A stretch of DNA of 61,591 bases, the filler included. It is 4 parts of 4 records of this genome, joined end to end, with 100 filler letters (N's around TTAATTAATTAA, not from the genome) between each part and the next. Parts side by side here need not be neighbours in the genome. Positions count along the whole stretch, not along the records: positions 27,413 to 43,349 come from SRR31147125_6880; positions 43,450 to 61,591 come from SRR31147125_6886; 2 more parts are not named here. One strand, written 5' to 3'. The first letter of the stretch is position 1. The number at the start of each line of letters is the position of its first letter. Shown in pieces: positions 34,743 to 44,385 of this stretch. The translations under genes and the position numbers were made by a program. Under the pieces are notes generated by a model. That model ran no database searches. It had not been told where the DNA came from and worked only from the letters and a program-made list of their open reading frames with translations.

Positions 34743-35044
34743 TATACTGTAAGTGCTAAATCAATTAATATATCTTCATTAAAACCACCTACAGATTGAA
34801 TATGTATAATTTCATAAAATTCATCTTTGATTTTAACTTTCATAGTAGGCTCTAAATCTTTTCTATTCCTAATTTTAATTGTAATAGATTTTGTATTTAA
34901 TAATTGATAGGATTGTACAACATTAGAACCTGATTTATATAATATCTGAATGTTGATAGGTTTGTAGTATTCATATTCTACATCATTATCTTCACCTGTT
35001 CTTTTATATAAATGTGCTTTGTATTTTACTTTTCCGCTTATCAT
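34742..35044 (-). CDS. Head closure (head-tail adaptor) protein
   Basis: 100 aa with MISGK start and IKIRNRKDLEPTMKVKIKDEFYEIIHI pattern. Expected position after the connector. Confidence 0.75.
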   Translation of the reverse strand: MISGKVKYKAHLYKRTGEDNDVEYEYYKPINIQILYKSGSNVVQSYQLLNTKSITIKIRNRKDLEPTMKVKIKDEFYEIIHIQSVGGFNEDILIDLALTV

Positions 35045-35547
35045 TACATTAAATTTAATAACCGTAAAACGGTTTTATTATCAGTTAAACCTATACTATA
35101 ATTACTTCTATCAGTATCATACATATCAGCAGCAGTAATTATAACTGCTTGCATTATATTTCTAGGTGTATTTGTCCCAGCAGTATAAACTATGTTAACT
35201 GTTGAAGCTGTTAAAATTGGTGTGTTTAGGATTAAGTGTGTAGAATTTTGTTTTCTTATAATTCGGTAATCTGTATAATCAATATCATCTACTGTAAAAG
35301 AAGTAATACTACTAAATCCTGAATGTTCTAATATTATTCTACTTCCTGTAAAATCATAATAATTAAACTCTACAGAAGTTGTAACTACAAAACCGTTTAT
35401 TCTTGAATCTACTCAATCTATAGAAGCACTTATTAATTTTTCTAAGTGTGTTGTATCTACTAAATCATCATCTAAATTTAGATGTGTAATTAGAGTATCT
35501 ACACATATATCTGTATATGTTTTACTTAAAATTACTGTTTCGTTCAT
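35044..35547 (-). CDS. Head-tail connector (HK97 gp6-like), 167 aa, 1 TGA=Trp
   Basis: Absent from the ORF track. THLNLDDD...LEKLISASID[W]VDSRIN...YTAG..PRNIMQAVII.AADMYD.DR. TGA at 35413. Confidence 0.8.
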
Positions 35548-35565
35548 AACTTATTGAGTTTAATT

Positions 35566-35598
35566 AAATACCTGCTGCACTAAGGCAAACAGGTATTT
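35566..35598 (-). terminator. Hairpin after the capsid gene
   Basis: AAATACCTG...CAGGTATTT inverted repeat in the capsid-connector gap. Confidence 0.55.
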
Positions 35599-35624
35599 AT
35601 GTTTATATAAATAGAAAAATATTA

Positions 35625-36710
35625 TTATACTGCTGCAATATTTGCATATCTTGAAGCTGCTGCATTTCTTAATTTTACATCTACATCACGTCTTACAGTA
35701 ATCTGTACTTGACCTTTAGAAGCTAATGTATATGGATCAAAAATTACTTCATATTCAGAACCAAATTCACCTACAGCAATTTGTGACATATCACAAGCTA
35801 CAATATTAGTTGCAGTTGAAGGTGCAAATAATTGAGAATAGAAAATATCTGTTCCATCATATAATTGACCTATACCTTCATTAGAAATTTTGTTAGCTAA
35901 AAATAAACCTGAACCAGTATCTACTTTTACACCTTTTGCTGTTCAAAACTGTGCAAACGGCATCAATAATGATGCAGGTGCATCTACTGCTTTTAACAGG
36001 GTGTTCATATTATCATAGGTATATGATGTTAAACCTGTAACTTCTGTTGCACCAGCTAAGGTTACATCAAAAATTCTTTTAGTAGTTTCTCTATCAACTG
36101 ATTTTACCATTTCATAAATAAATGCTTGTAAAGTTGCTTCATTACCTACTTGCATAATTGATTTATCAATTGTTTCAGTAATTGTACTTTGATTTTCAGG
36201 TGATAAAGTTACAACTGCTACAGCATTTGAATTTGCGTTTGCTGTTCCGTATGCAGTTTTACCTGCTGTCATTGCCGTCATATAAGGCAATTTTAAAGAT
36301 GTTTTCAAATTAGGAAAAACCTGAACACCCATCTTTTTATAAAGTGGTTCATATCCTACTACTGAAATATCACCAGCTACAGCTTCATTATCAATATTTG
36401 TGCTTAATGTTACTGCTCTTACTTTAAAATCTTGAATAGTATCATTACTTCTTTTGATTAAACTTTTAAAATCTTCCATTTTGTTTTCTATTTTTTGAAT
36501 GTTGTTAATTTGTTTTGTGTTTAAAGCATCTTGTGCTTTTCTTTCATTAATTCTTTTTTCTAATTCCTTTTGTTCAGCATCTAAATTTTTCCAGTTTTCT
36601 AATTCTTGTTCATTCATTGAACGTTCTTTAGTTTCTGAATCATTAATAATTGCTTCCATAGCATCTATCTTAGTTGCTCTTTCTGAAATAAGTTCATTTA
36701 ATTTTTTCAT
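35625..36710 (-). CDS. HK97-fold major capsid protein, 361 aa, 1 TGA=Trp
   Basis: Coiled-coil delta-domain-like N-terminus. Read-through of TGA 35943 adds ...DMSQIAVGEFG..EVIFDPYTLASKGQVQITV...DV, a typical HK97 capsid C-terminus. Ends TAA TAA. Confidence 0.88.
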
Positions 36711-37312
36711 TATAAACTTTCTTTTAATTCTTTAATATATTCTGTTTTCTCTTTGTTAGCTTCTTTAATCTGTTGTAGTTTTTCTACTTTTTCATTCTTT
36801 TCAAATTCATCTGCTGCACTTCTGATACTTACATCTGTATTAGTATAAGCACCATCACCAACTATTGAAATATCATACAATCCACTAACTTTATCTACTA
36901 TGTGAAGCAAATCACCGTTTTCATCTCTTTTAAATGTTGAATCACCACGTTTGATTGTATATTTGAAACTAGATTCAAACAAATCACCACGTTCAACCAT
37001 TTCTAAAGTATCTCTATGCAGTTGGGTTTTACCCATCCTAACAGAATACTTTAAACCTTTTTCATCTACTGCTAATTGTAAAGTTCCTGATTGACTTCTA
37101 CCTAATAATTTTTCAGGATTATGTTCTACTACTGCTTTTACATTTAGACTTTCATTTCTTAAAACTTCATCAAATGCACCCTCTTTTATTACTTCATAAA
37201 ATAGTTTACCATCTTCAAAAATTAATTTACTTCTTTGGTTGAAAATACTAGCATAACCATCTAATCAGGTTTCATCTGTATTTTCAATACTTCTTACTAA
37301 AATATTACTCAT
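36710..37312 (-). CDS. HK97-family prohead protease, 200 aa, 1 TGA=Trp
   Basis: [W]LDGYASIFNQRS, FYEVIKEGAF, EHN...LLGRSQSGTLQL.VDEKGL, RGDL..SSF and YDISIV...AY.NT. TGA at 37265. Confidence 0.92.
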
Positions 37313-38507
37313 TACTTTCTATACTTTTAATATTTTTTTTATCTTCTAATGTTACATATTGTGCCTGTAAATAGTGTTTATCTGCATCATCTGTATCAAT
37401 ACTTTTAAATCCTAATCTTACTACTGCTTCATTATGTGTACATAATCCATTTGTTACCAATTTTTGATAAGCATTAGTTTTAGTTGTTAAATCTGCATCT
37501 AGTAAAACGGAATAATCAAAATCTATATAAAAACCCTGTTCAATTTCTGAACTGGTTAATAGTTTCATTTCAATCTCGTTTTTATAACTGGCTAAAATGT
37601 TATTTAAGGTGAAGGTTTTAAATTCTAAGGTTTGGTTTTCTATACTTTGAGTAGTTTCATAACTCATAAGGAATGAAGGAACACCAAAAGCTGAAATAAT
37701 TTCACTATTGGTAAACTTCAAAGTATTAATTATATCTGCATCAATTAACTTATAATTTAGTGCATCAATTTTAAATCCTGGTGGCAACTTAATAACCTTA
37801 CCAGCATTTGAAGCACCAGCATTATCTATTTCAAAATTTTCTGAATATTCTTTTAATGCTTTTACTTGGTCTAAACTACCTATTGTAGAAGATAATACTA
37901 AAGGTGACATAGCATTATTTTCATAAAAATTCTCAATAGTTGAAGCTGCTTTTTGTCTTATTCCAGCTTCAAATGTTAAAGATTTTAATGGTGAAACACC
38001 TAAAAAATTATCTTGAATTGCAGTTTTGAAATGTAATATTTCATCACCGTTTATTGTTTCTTTAGTATTTCAAGAAACAAATGGATTTAATGAATTATCT
38101 ATTGAATAATATACTGAATCACCACTTAATGCTAAACTAACTATAGAATTATATGGATATGGTAAAAGTTTTGAAATATTACCTTTATTATCATAAATTA
38201 TTCTGATAAATCCATTACCATTAGTTACTCTATCTCTTTCTGTTATTTTTCTGCCTGAATCACTACTAATATAATTTGTAAACTTTCGATTGAATAATTT
38301 ACTTATTATATGGTTCTTAATTATTTGCCCTTTGTCGTTTCTGACAATTACAGGTAATCTACTTACATTTTCTACTAATATTCTAGTACAGGTTTGAATA
38401 GTACTAACTGTTTCAGAATCTACTGTATTAGAATTATAAGGTAGATTAATATTTACACCTAATGATATTAGTTTATTTATTATTTTATCTGTGCTTAATC
38501 ATCCCAT
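37305..38507 (-). CDS. HK97-family portal protein, 400 aa, 2 TGA=Trp
   Basis: TCTRILVENVSRLP, GNGFIRI, EILHFK......GVSPL, NAGKV..L..G and EI..AFGVP..L. TGAs at codon 3 (38499) and 38070. Confidence 0.92.
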
Positions 38508-38515
38508 TTTATTTA

Positions 38516-40191
38516 TTATTTATTGTTATTATTTTCAAATTCAAAATTGTATTTATCATTATTTAAATACATACCTACAGCCATACCTAAAGCTACTACA
38601 CCATCAACTGAATCTTTACTTTTATTTTTCATTATTTTGATATTACCATTACCATCTTGATATAAAACTACATTTCTAAACATTCATCTTAATACAGGAT
38701 TTTTACCTAGTATAATTGATTGGTTCATTATAAACTGTTCTAAATATTTTAATGGCATATTAAAGAAAGATGAAAGTTGTGGACATTTCACACATTTTAA
38801 ACCTAAATTTAATTCAAGTTTTGGTATCAATTGTGAATTATTTCAAGCATCATAACCTAATGATACAGCTTCAAAATTTTCTGTATAAAATTTTATTCTT
38901 TCAGCTATATAATCATAATCAATAGTAGGTCTTTCAGTTTGTGTAATAAAACCTTTACTTATTCAATCGGTTAAATCTAAACCATTCATTCTAACTATAC
39001 TATTATCATTTTGTGGTAAAAAGTGTTCTACTTTTACATATAACATACCATCTTTTTCAATTAATACTGCTAGTGCTGCAAAATCTTTAGTAGCAGCTAA
39101 ATCTAAACCTAAATATATATTTGAACCTTTTAAAGATTCAATATCAAAATCTTTGAAGCATAATTTATAATCATCATCTTCTATTCAGGTTGTTAAACTA
39201 TCCTTAAAAAGTTTAGATTTTTTACGATAAATGAATTTAAATCTGCTTTTGTTTTCTTACTTTTTTCATAATCTTCTACTAAAGTTTCAAGTTCAATAAT
39301 TTCACCAATAGTAGGATTTGATTTTATTCAGTTTTCAGGCTGTTCTATTTCATCTTCACTATCTAAAGTATATAGTGCATAAAATGTGTTATCCTGTTCC
39401 AATTCATTATTTAATATCTGTTTTGCTGCTTCTATTTGGCTGTAAAAAGGATAATCTTTATTAAAACCTGCTGTACTTATTTCAAGTAATAAAGGTTCTT
39501 TTCTGGCTTTCATTCCAGAATCCATAATATTAAATAAATCTCTGTTCTTGTGTGCGTGTGATTCATCAATAATTGCAAAACTTGGATTTAAACCATCTAA
39601 ACTATCTGCTTTACCTGCTAAAGGTTTTGCTATATTATTTTTATTAAATCGTAAATGATAAGCTAATACATCTACTCTTTTTTTAAGTGCTGGTGAAAAT
39701 GAAATAATAGCTTTCAAATATTTTAAAGCTTGTGAAGCTTGTTTACCTGTTGTAGCTAAAAAATATACTTCTGCATCATCTGCACCCTTCATTAATTCAT
39801 ACAGGCTAAAAATCGCTGTTAATGTTGTTTTAGCGTTCTTTCTAGCCATTCAGATTAAACCGTATTTCCTTAATCTTTTACCATTTTCACGAACTAAACC
39901 GTAAATACATTTAACTATTCAAGCTTGAAATTGTAGTGGTATAAATCTTTGATTTTTTTCTAGGAACACATAAAAGAAAAATTTATAAACTTCTGCTACT
40001 CGGTTTTCATCATAAGTATATTTATTTCTTAATTCCTGTTCCCTTATTACTGCTTTTTTAATTCATTCAGAAGCTACTATTTTACCAGTAAGTATATCTG
40101 ATTCATATTTATCAGCAGCATCAAAACAATCTTTTATATATTGGGTTTTAGCTTCTTTTATTTTTTCTGTTTGCTGCTTGTTTTTTTTCAT
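38516..40191 (-). CDS. terL: Terminase large subunit, about 558 aa, 8 TGA=Trp, one homopolymer frameshift
   Basis: Walker A ARKNAKT, Walker B IIDESH, ISTAG, nuclease GLDLAATKD and VDGVVAL. One extra base is needed in the run at 39206-39210. TGAs at 40063, 39919, 39850, 39328, 39185, 38963, 38843 and 38684. Confidence 0.95.
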
Positions 40192-40201
40192 TTTCTATAT
40201 A

Positions 40202-40519
40202 TTAAAAATTATCATCTAATTCTTCAATATCATCTATTTTTAAAGTTGCTCTATCAAAAGGTGATAATGCTAGTTTTTTTGAAATTTGTAATAATGTTTT
40301 TGTAGAAGATTCAAGTACTGATAATGATATATTTTTTTGATAATATGGATTATTACCTTCTTTGGCTATATTCATTACAGAACCACGTTTTTTAATATCC
40401 CTTCTTGCATCTGCAATTAGTTTTAAATTAAAAATAAATTCCTCAATTAAATATTCATCGACATCATTATAAATTCCTTTTTCTTCTAAATATTCTGTTA
40501 ACTTTTTCTTACTAATCAT
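40202..40519 (-). CDS. terS: Terminase small subunit (P27-like)
   Basis: 105 aa immediately upstream of terL. L.E.GI...VD..LIE, I...G.V, KN..L and L.LSP..RA pattern. Contains no Trp. Confidence 0.8.
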   Translation of the reverse strand: MISKKKLTEYLEEKGIYNDVDEYLIEEFIFNLKLIADARRDIKKRGSVMNIAKEGNNPYYQKNISLSVLESSTKTLLQISKKLALSPFDRATLKIDDIEELDDNF

Positions 40520-40658
40520 TTAATACTGCTTTTTTGAGATTTGTTTTACAATCTTCTAACTTTATATATGCTTTAATAATTTTATTAGCATATTTTATTC
40601 TATTGATTTTATCATCAATTTTATTAAGTGTTTTTTCTTCTAATTCAAATTTTTCCAT
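40512..40658 (-). CDS. Small hypothetical phage protein, 48 aa
   Basis: ATG GAA AAA TTT...TAG fills the HNH-terS gap and overlaps the terS start. Confidence 0.45.
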   Translation of the reverse strand: MEKFELEEKTLNKIDDKINRIKYANKIIKAYIKLEDCKTNLKKAVLND

Positions 40659-40671
40659 TTCTATTTATATT

Positions 40672-41019
40672 TTATTCGCTTTCCATTTGAAGCTGTAGCT
40701 TTTTACCTTCATCTAATTTTGCATATCTGCTATTATCCCTTCTTGTAATGTATCTATGATGATATGTGCAAAGTGGTTGTAAATTGTTTAAATCAAAGAA
40801 TTTTGATTTGTCTTTTTCTGCTGGTATTTTGTGGTTAACTTCTGTTGCTGGTGTTAATTTGTTTTCCAGTAAACAAAATTCACATAATGGATTTTCAGAT
40901 AATGCTATTTTTCTAATCTCTTTTCATTCTCTAGTATTGTATCATCCTAATCTGCTTAATTCCGTTCATCCACGTTTTTCTTTTTCGGTTTTCATTCACC
41001 AAAAATTATTTTTACTCAT
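40672..41019 (-). CDS. Terminase-associated HNH endonuclease (HK97 gp74-like), 115 aa, 4 TGA=Trp
   Basis: Absent from the ORF track. YNTRE[W]KEIR....ENPLCEFC...PATEVNHKIP...FFDLNNLQPLCTYHH. TGAs at 40996, 40966, 40942 and 40924. Confidence 0.9.
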
Positions 41020-41330
41020 TTCTGTTTTTGTTTAAAGTATTTCCTGAATAGGATTTTTAGTATAAAATTGTTTCAATCAGGGACAAAAAATTTATGTATT
41101 TACTGACATTCTGAACATAAATTCTTTAATTCAATATAAATTTTCAGGGTGTTTAGTCGGGTTTGAATATCGTTTAGACCTACCTATCTAAAAAGTTTAC
41201 ACGTAAAAAAAACGCCTACCCACGATGGTATATATCCTTTAACCTATTTTCTATCATTTACCCCCTTAACATCTGTTTATAATTGTATATTTAACCGTAA
41301 ATCATAATTCAATTAACATTTACCAAAATA

Positions 41331-42200
41331 ATGAAGGAAATAAGTGAATTAACTATTGTAAGCAACTCTAAAAAGGAACAATCAATATATAAAGGTGAAC
41401 CACTTTTAGAATATATTGAACTGCTTGCAAATAAAATTCAACCTGTAAACGAAAATAATTTTAAAGGTTCTTATACATCAAATGCTGTTAAACAATTTCA
41501 AAATCGTTACAACAACATTGATAAAAGAGGACTAAAAAAATACCTTGATAAAGATTCAATTGAAGTTTTACATCCAGTTATTGAAACAATGGGTTATGAT
41601 ATTGAAAAATTCTGGTATCTATCAATTTTTGTAATGGATTATAGTACTGGTTACTGTCTTAATGGTATGAAACTAGAATCAAATCCTAAAACAGAAATTG
41701 AACATCTTTTAAACGGAATAGAAGAAAATACAATATCATTTGATAATGAAACCAAATTAGCAGAATTTAAAAAACCTATTCAATTATCACTCGATATAAA
41801 AGGTAAAAAGAATATTGAGTTAAAAAGTTCTACTGCAATTGTATTCTTATATGCAGCTTTAAAAGAGGTAATGAATAATGAAAATGCTTTTATTAATTCA
41901 TATGATTCACGTTTAATATCTACAGAAACTATATCTACATCAAACTCTTTATTGATTGCTTATTTTGCTAAATTATTTCAAACATTTTTTGAATTAAAAC
42001 CACCAAAAATTAAAAGAAAACCTAAAGATTCTGATTTAAACTACAGTAAATTACTGCTTATTTCAAGAATGATTTACATTTTAAGAATAACAAATAATGA
42101 AACTTATTGGAACTCTCAGGAAATTTTAAAATCAATTCTGAATCAAAACAAAGAACTTAATTTCTCTGATTCTATTAATGGTTATTATTTGAATATTTAA
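41331..42200 (+). CDS. Hypothetical protein, 289 aa, divergent from the late operon
   Basis: Long ORF in AT-rich DNA, intact in code 11. Both Trp codons are TGG; stop is TAA. Confidence 0.7.
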   Translation: MKEISELTIVSNSKKEQSIYKGEPLLEYIELLANKIQPVNENNFKGSYTSNAVKQFQNRYNNIDKRGLKKYLDKDSIEVLHPVIETMGYDIEKFWYLSIFVMDYSTGYCLNGMKLESNPKTEIEHLLNGIEENTISFDNETKLAEFKKPIQLSLDIKGKKNIELKSSTAIVFLYAALKEVMNNENAFINSYDSRLISTETISTSNSLLIAYFAKLFQTFFELKPPKIKRKPKDSDLNYSKLLLISRMIYILRITNNETYWNSQEILKSILNQNKELNFSDSINGYYLNI

Positions 42201-42305
42201 TTAAAGTAAATGCTTTTATAGTACTTTTTCCTTTACCCTTATTTGCTTCAAGTAGCTTCATATTTGTAGTGTCAATAATGACATATAATTTTTAAAATTA
42301 ATAAT

Positions 42306-43157
42306 ATGAAAGTATCTGAAAAAGAACAAAAAAGAATTAAAGAAATTCACACAATTACAGAAGCAAAAGTAAAAACAATTGAAGGTTATAAACCTCAATC
42401 AACTTTCCTAGTTTCTGACTATTCGCAGTTTGAATTTACAGAAGCAAACAGAACAGTAGCACCTAATAAGGACTTATTAGAAAACCTAAAAACAAACGGT
42501 CAATTAATGCCTGTATTAGTAAGAAAAAATGAAACTGGTAAACTGGTTATAATTGACGGTCAACATAGAACATTTCATCTTAAAGAATTAGGTTTACCTA
42601 TAATCTGTCTTGAACTAAGAACTGATTTTAAAAAAGATAATTATGAAGCTGTAAAAGCTACAAATATTATTGATAAGAGTTTTACAAATAAAGATTTGTA
42701 TTTACATTACATCAAAAAAGGTAATACCAATTTTAAAAACTTTATTCAGGCTAAACAAGATTATAAATTTTTGTCTGAAACAATTCTGTATTATTATGCT
42801 ACAGGCAAAAAAGAAGGTCTTAAAGAAATGTATGCTACTGAAACATTAGAATTTGACTTAACAGATAACCAAAAATCAAAATTAAAAACTCTAAATATTT
42901 TAGTTGAAGCTGTTGTAGATTCTCGTGATAACCAACCTTATAATAGTTATTTTTACAGACCTGAAATTTTCAAAACTTTAAGAACCTTCATTAATGAAAC
43001 ACCCGATTATGATTTTAAAACTTTGGAAACTATTTTAAAATCAGAAGGTCATTCTTTTACAAAGAAAACTACTGTAGAAGATGTAACAAATTTATATAAA
43101 AGACAGGCAATTCTTAATGAAGAAAAAGCTAAACAAATTGCTGAAAAAGCAGCTTAA
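42306..43157 (+). CDS. ParB/Srx-like N-terminal domain protein
   Basis: DYSQF....ANR, L...GQL.PVLV and IIDGQHR motif. No Trp; stop is TAA. Confidence 0.75.
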   Translation: MKVSEKEQKRIKEIHTITEAKVKTIEGYKPQSTFLVSDYSQFEFTEANRTVAPNKDLLENLKTNGQLMPVLVRKNETGKLVIIDGQHRTFHLKELGLPIICLELRTDFKKDNYEAVKATNIIDKSFTNKDLYLHYIKKGNTNFKNFIQAKQDYKFLSETILYYYATGKKEGLKEMYATETLEFDLTDNQKSKLKTLNILVEAVVDSRDNQPYNSYFYRPEIFKTLRTFINETPDYDFKTLETILKSEGHSFTKKTTVEDVTNLYKRQAILNEEKAKQIAEKAA

Positions 43158-43182
43158 TTATAATACCACCATAACTAGGAAT

Positions 43183-43214
43183 AGGGTGTAGATTCATTTT
43201 CTACACCCTTTTTT
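43183..43214 (+). terminator. Rho-independent terminator
   Basis: AGGGTGTAGA-loop-TCTACACCCT followed by a T run, just after the ParB-like gene. Confidence 0.85.
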
Positions 43215-43349
43215 ATTGCTTATTATTTAGCTTGTCAGTCCCTATTTATTATTGCTTTACTGGTAATGATTAATAATTTATTACCTGATTTTGTTTCTAC
43301 TTTCTGATAGTTGAAATTTTCATCCTGTCAACTATTCAGGAATACTTTT

Positions 43350-43449
43350 NNNNNNNNNNNNNNNNNNNNNNNNNNNNNNNNNNNNNNNNNNNNTTAATTA
43401 ATTAANNNNNNNNNNNNNNNNNNNNNNNNNNNNNNNNNNNNNNNNNNNN
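43350..43449. other. Artificial contig linker
   Basis: N44-TTAATTAATTAA-N44. Confidence 0.98.
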
Positions 43450-44368
43450 CAGGTAAGTCACCTGAGTGACCATGGAAATCGTTAGATGGATTCATAAAAA
43501 TTATTGGACAATCTATCTCGTTATGATAGGCTGAGCTTGAAATACATGCCAATATTTTATCGCCCCCTTTATATGAATTGCTGCTTACCCCACCACACGA
43601 AGGGGCGGCAGCCTTTATACGAGAATCGGTGGCTGTAAGTACTGTAATATTCCCACCCATTGAGTGTCCGTAAATGCCAATTCTTTCTTTATCAACCACT
43701 TTTTGCTGCTCGAGAAAGGTTATGGCCCGGCGTGCTGCCAGTGTCCACATAAACCACATGGTATTCCTTGGTGAGACAACTTCATCTAAGGTGCAGAATT
43801 TGGGTTCGGTATGCCACGAATCATTCCCTTCGTATCTGGATGGCGCATGATAGGCATCGATAGCCCCCCAATCAGTTGTAACACGATATAATGAGTCTTC
43901 AACCATACCCTCCAAAAAAGCCTTTACATTTTCCCTTTCAGCAGAATATTGCGACGACCTGATTCTACCAGCCCATGCCAGAGAAATAGTAGCATATCCA
44001 TGCTTCGCATTTTGCATAATATGTCGATAGTCGGCACGTTGTCCACCACCATGAGTTTGTATAAGCGCGGGGATATTTCTGGCACCTTTGGGATAGCCAT
44101 ATACCGCTGCCATCATCGCTTTTTCCCCTTTGAATACCCCCACACGATATCGCAAAACCTGCAAAACTACGCCGTCTTCTTCCCATTCTTTTAGAATTTC
44201 CACCTCAAGCGGCTCCTTCCTTGGGTCATAATCTTTCCACAATTCATTATGATTTTTTGGCACTTCTGCTTCCGAGGTATAGGGTGCGAAAGTATTTGTC
44301 AATTTAGAACTTTGAGCAAATACGAACTGCGTAAAAAGAAGTAGCGTAAATAAAGTTATATATTTCAT
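43450..44368 (-). CDS. Secreted alpha/beta hydrolase (dienelactone hydrolase/esterase-like), 3'-truncated
   Basis: Signal peptide, HGGGQ, ARRAITFL and nucleophile motif GHSMGG. Confidence 0.8.
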
Positions 44369-44385
44369 GTGTTTAATTCCCCTTA

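Larger units (their letters stand above)
27413..43349. mobile_element. Partial HK97-type tailed phage/prophage contig; late operon uses TGA=Trp
   Basis: Gene order HNH-terS-terL-portal-protease-capsid-head/tail-tube-chaperone-TMP-tail-fibre on the minus strand. Much more AT-rich than the other contigs. No integrase or att site is visible. Confidence 0.95.

Noticed and set aside
27413-41019. Decayed prophage full of nonsense mutations
   Set aside because: Interruptions are almost exclusively TGA, often at conserved Trp sites. The only TAA/TAG breaks follow two homopolymer slips, and gene lengths and TAATG junctions are intact.
27413-41019. TGA=Gly (code 25) or selenocysteine
   Set aside because: Motif positions call for Trp (NPVLRWM, GYDxWN, QSDWN). 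Conserved Gly residues use GGN codons and Cys residues use TGY.
41020-43349. Suppressor tRNA or CRISPR array in the phage intergenic regions
   Set aside because: No cloverleaf or T-loop consensus and no regularly spaced repeats were seen by eye. A covariance-model search is still advisable.
22098-43449. TTAATTAATTAA repeats as att sites or biological repeats; phage integrated into a PUL
   Set aside because: They sit in identical N-padded 100-nt linkers, so they are assembly joins. Adjacency of the phage to the Sus loci is artificial.
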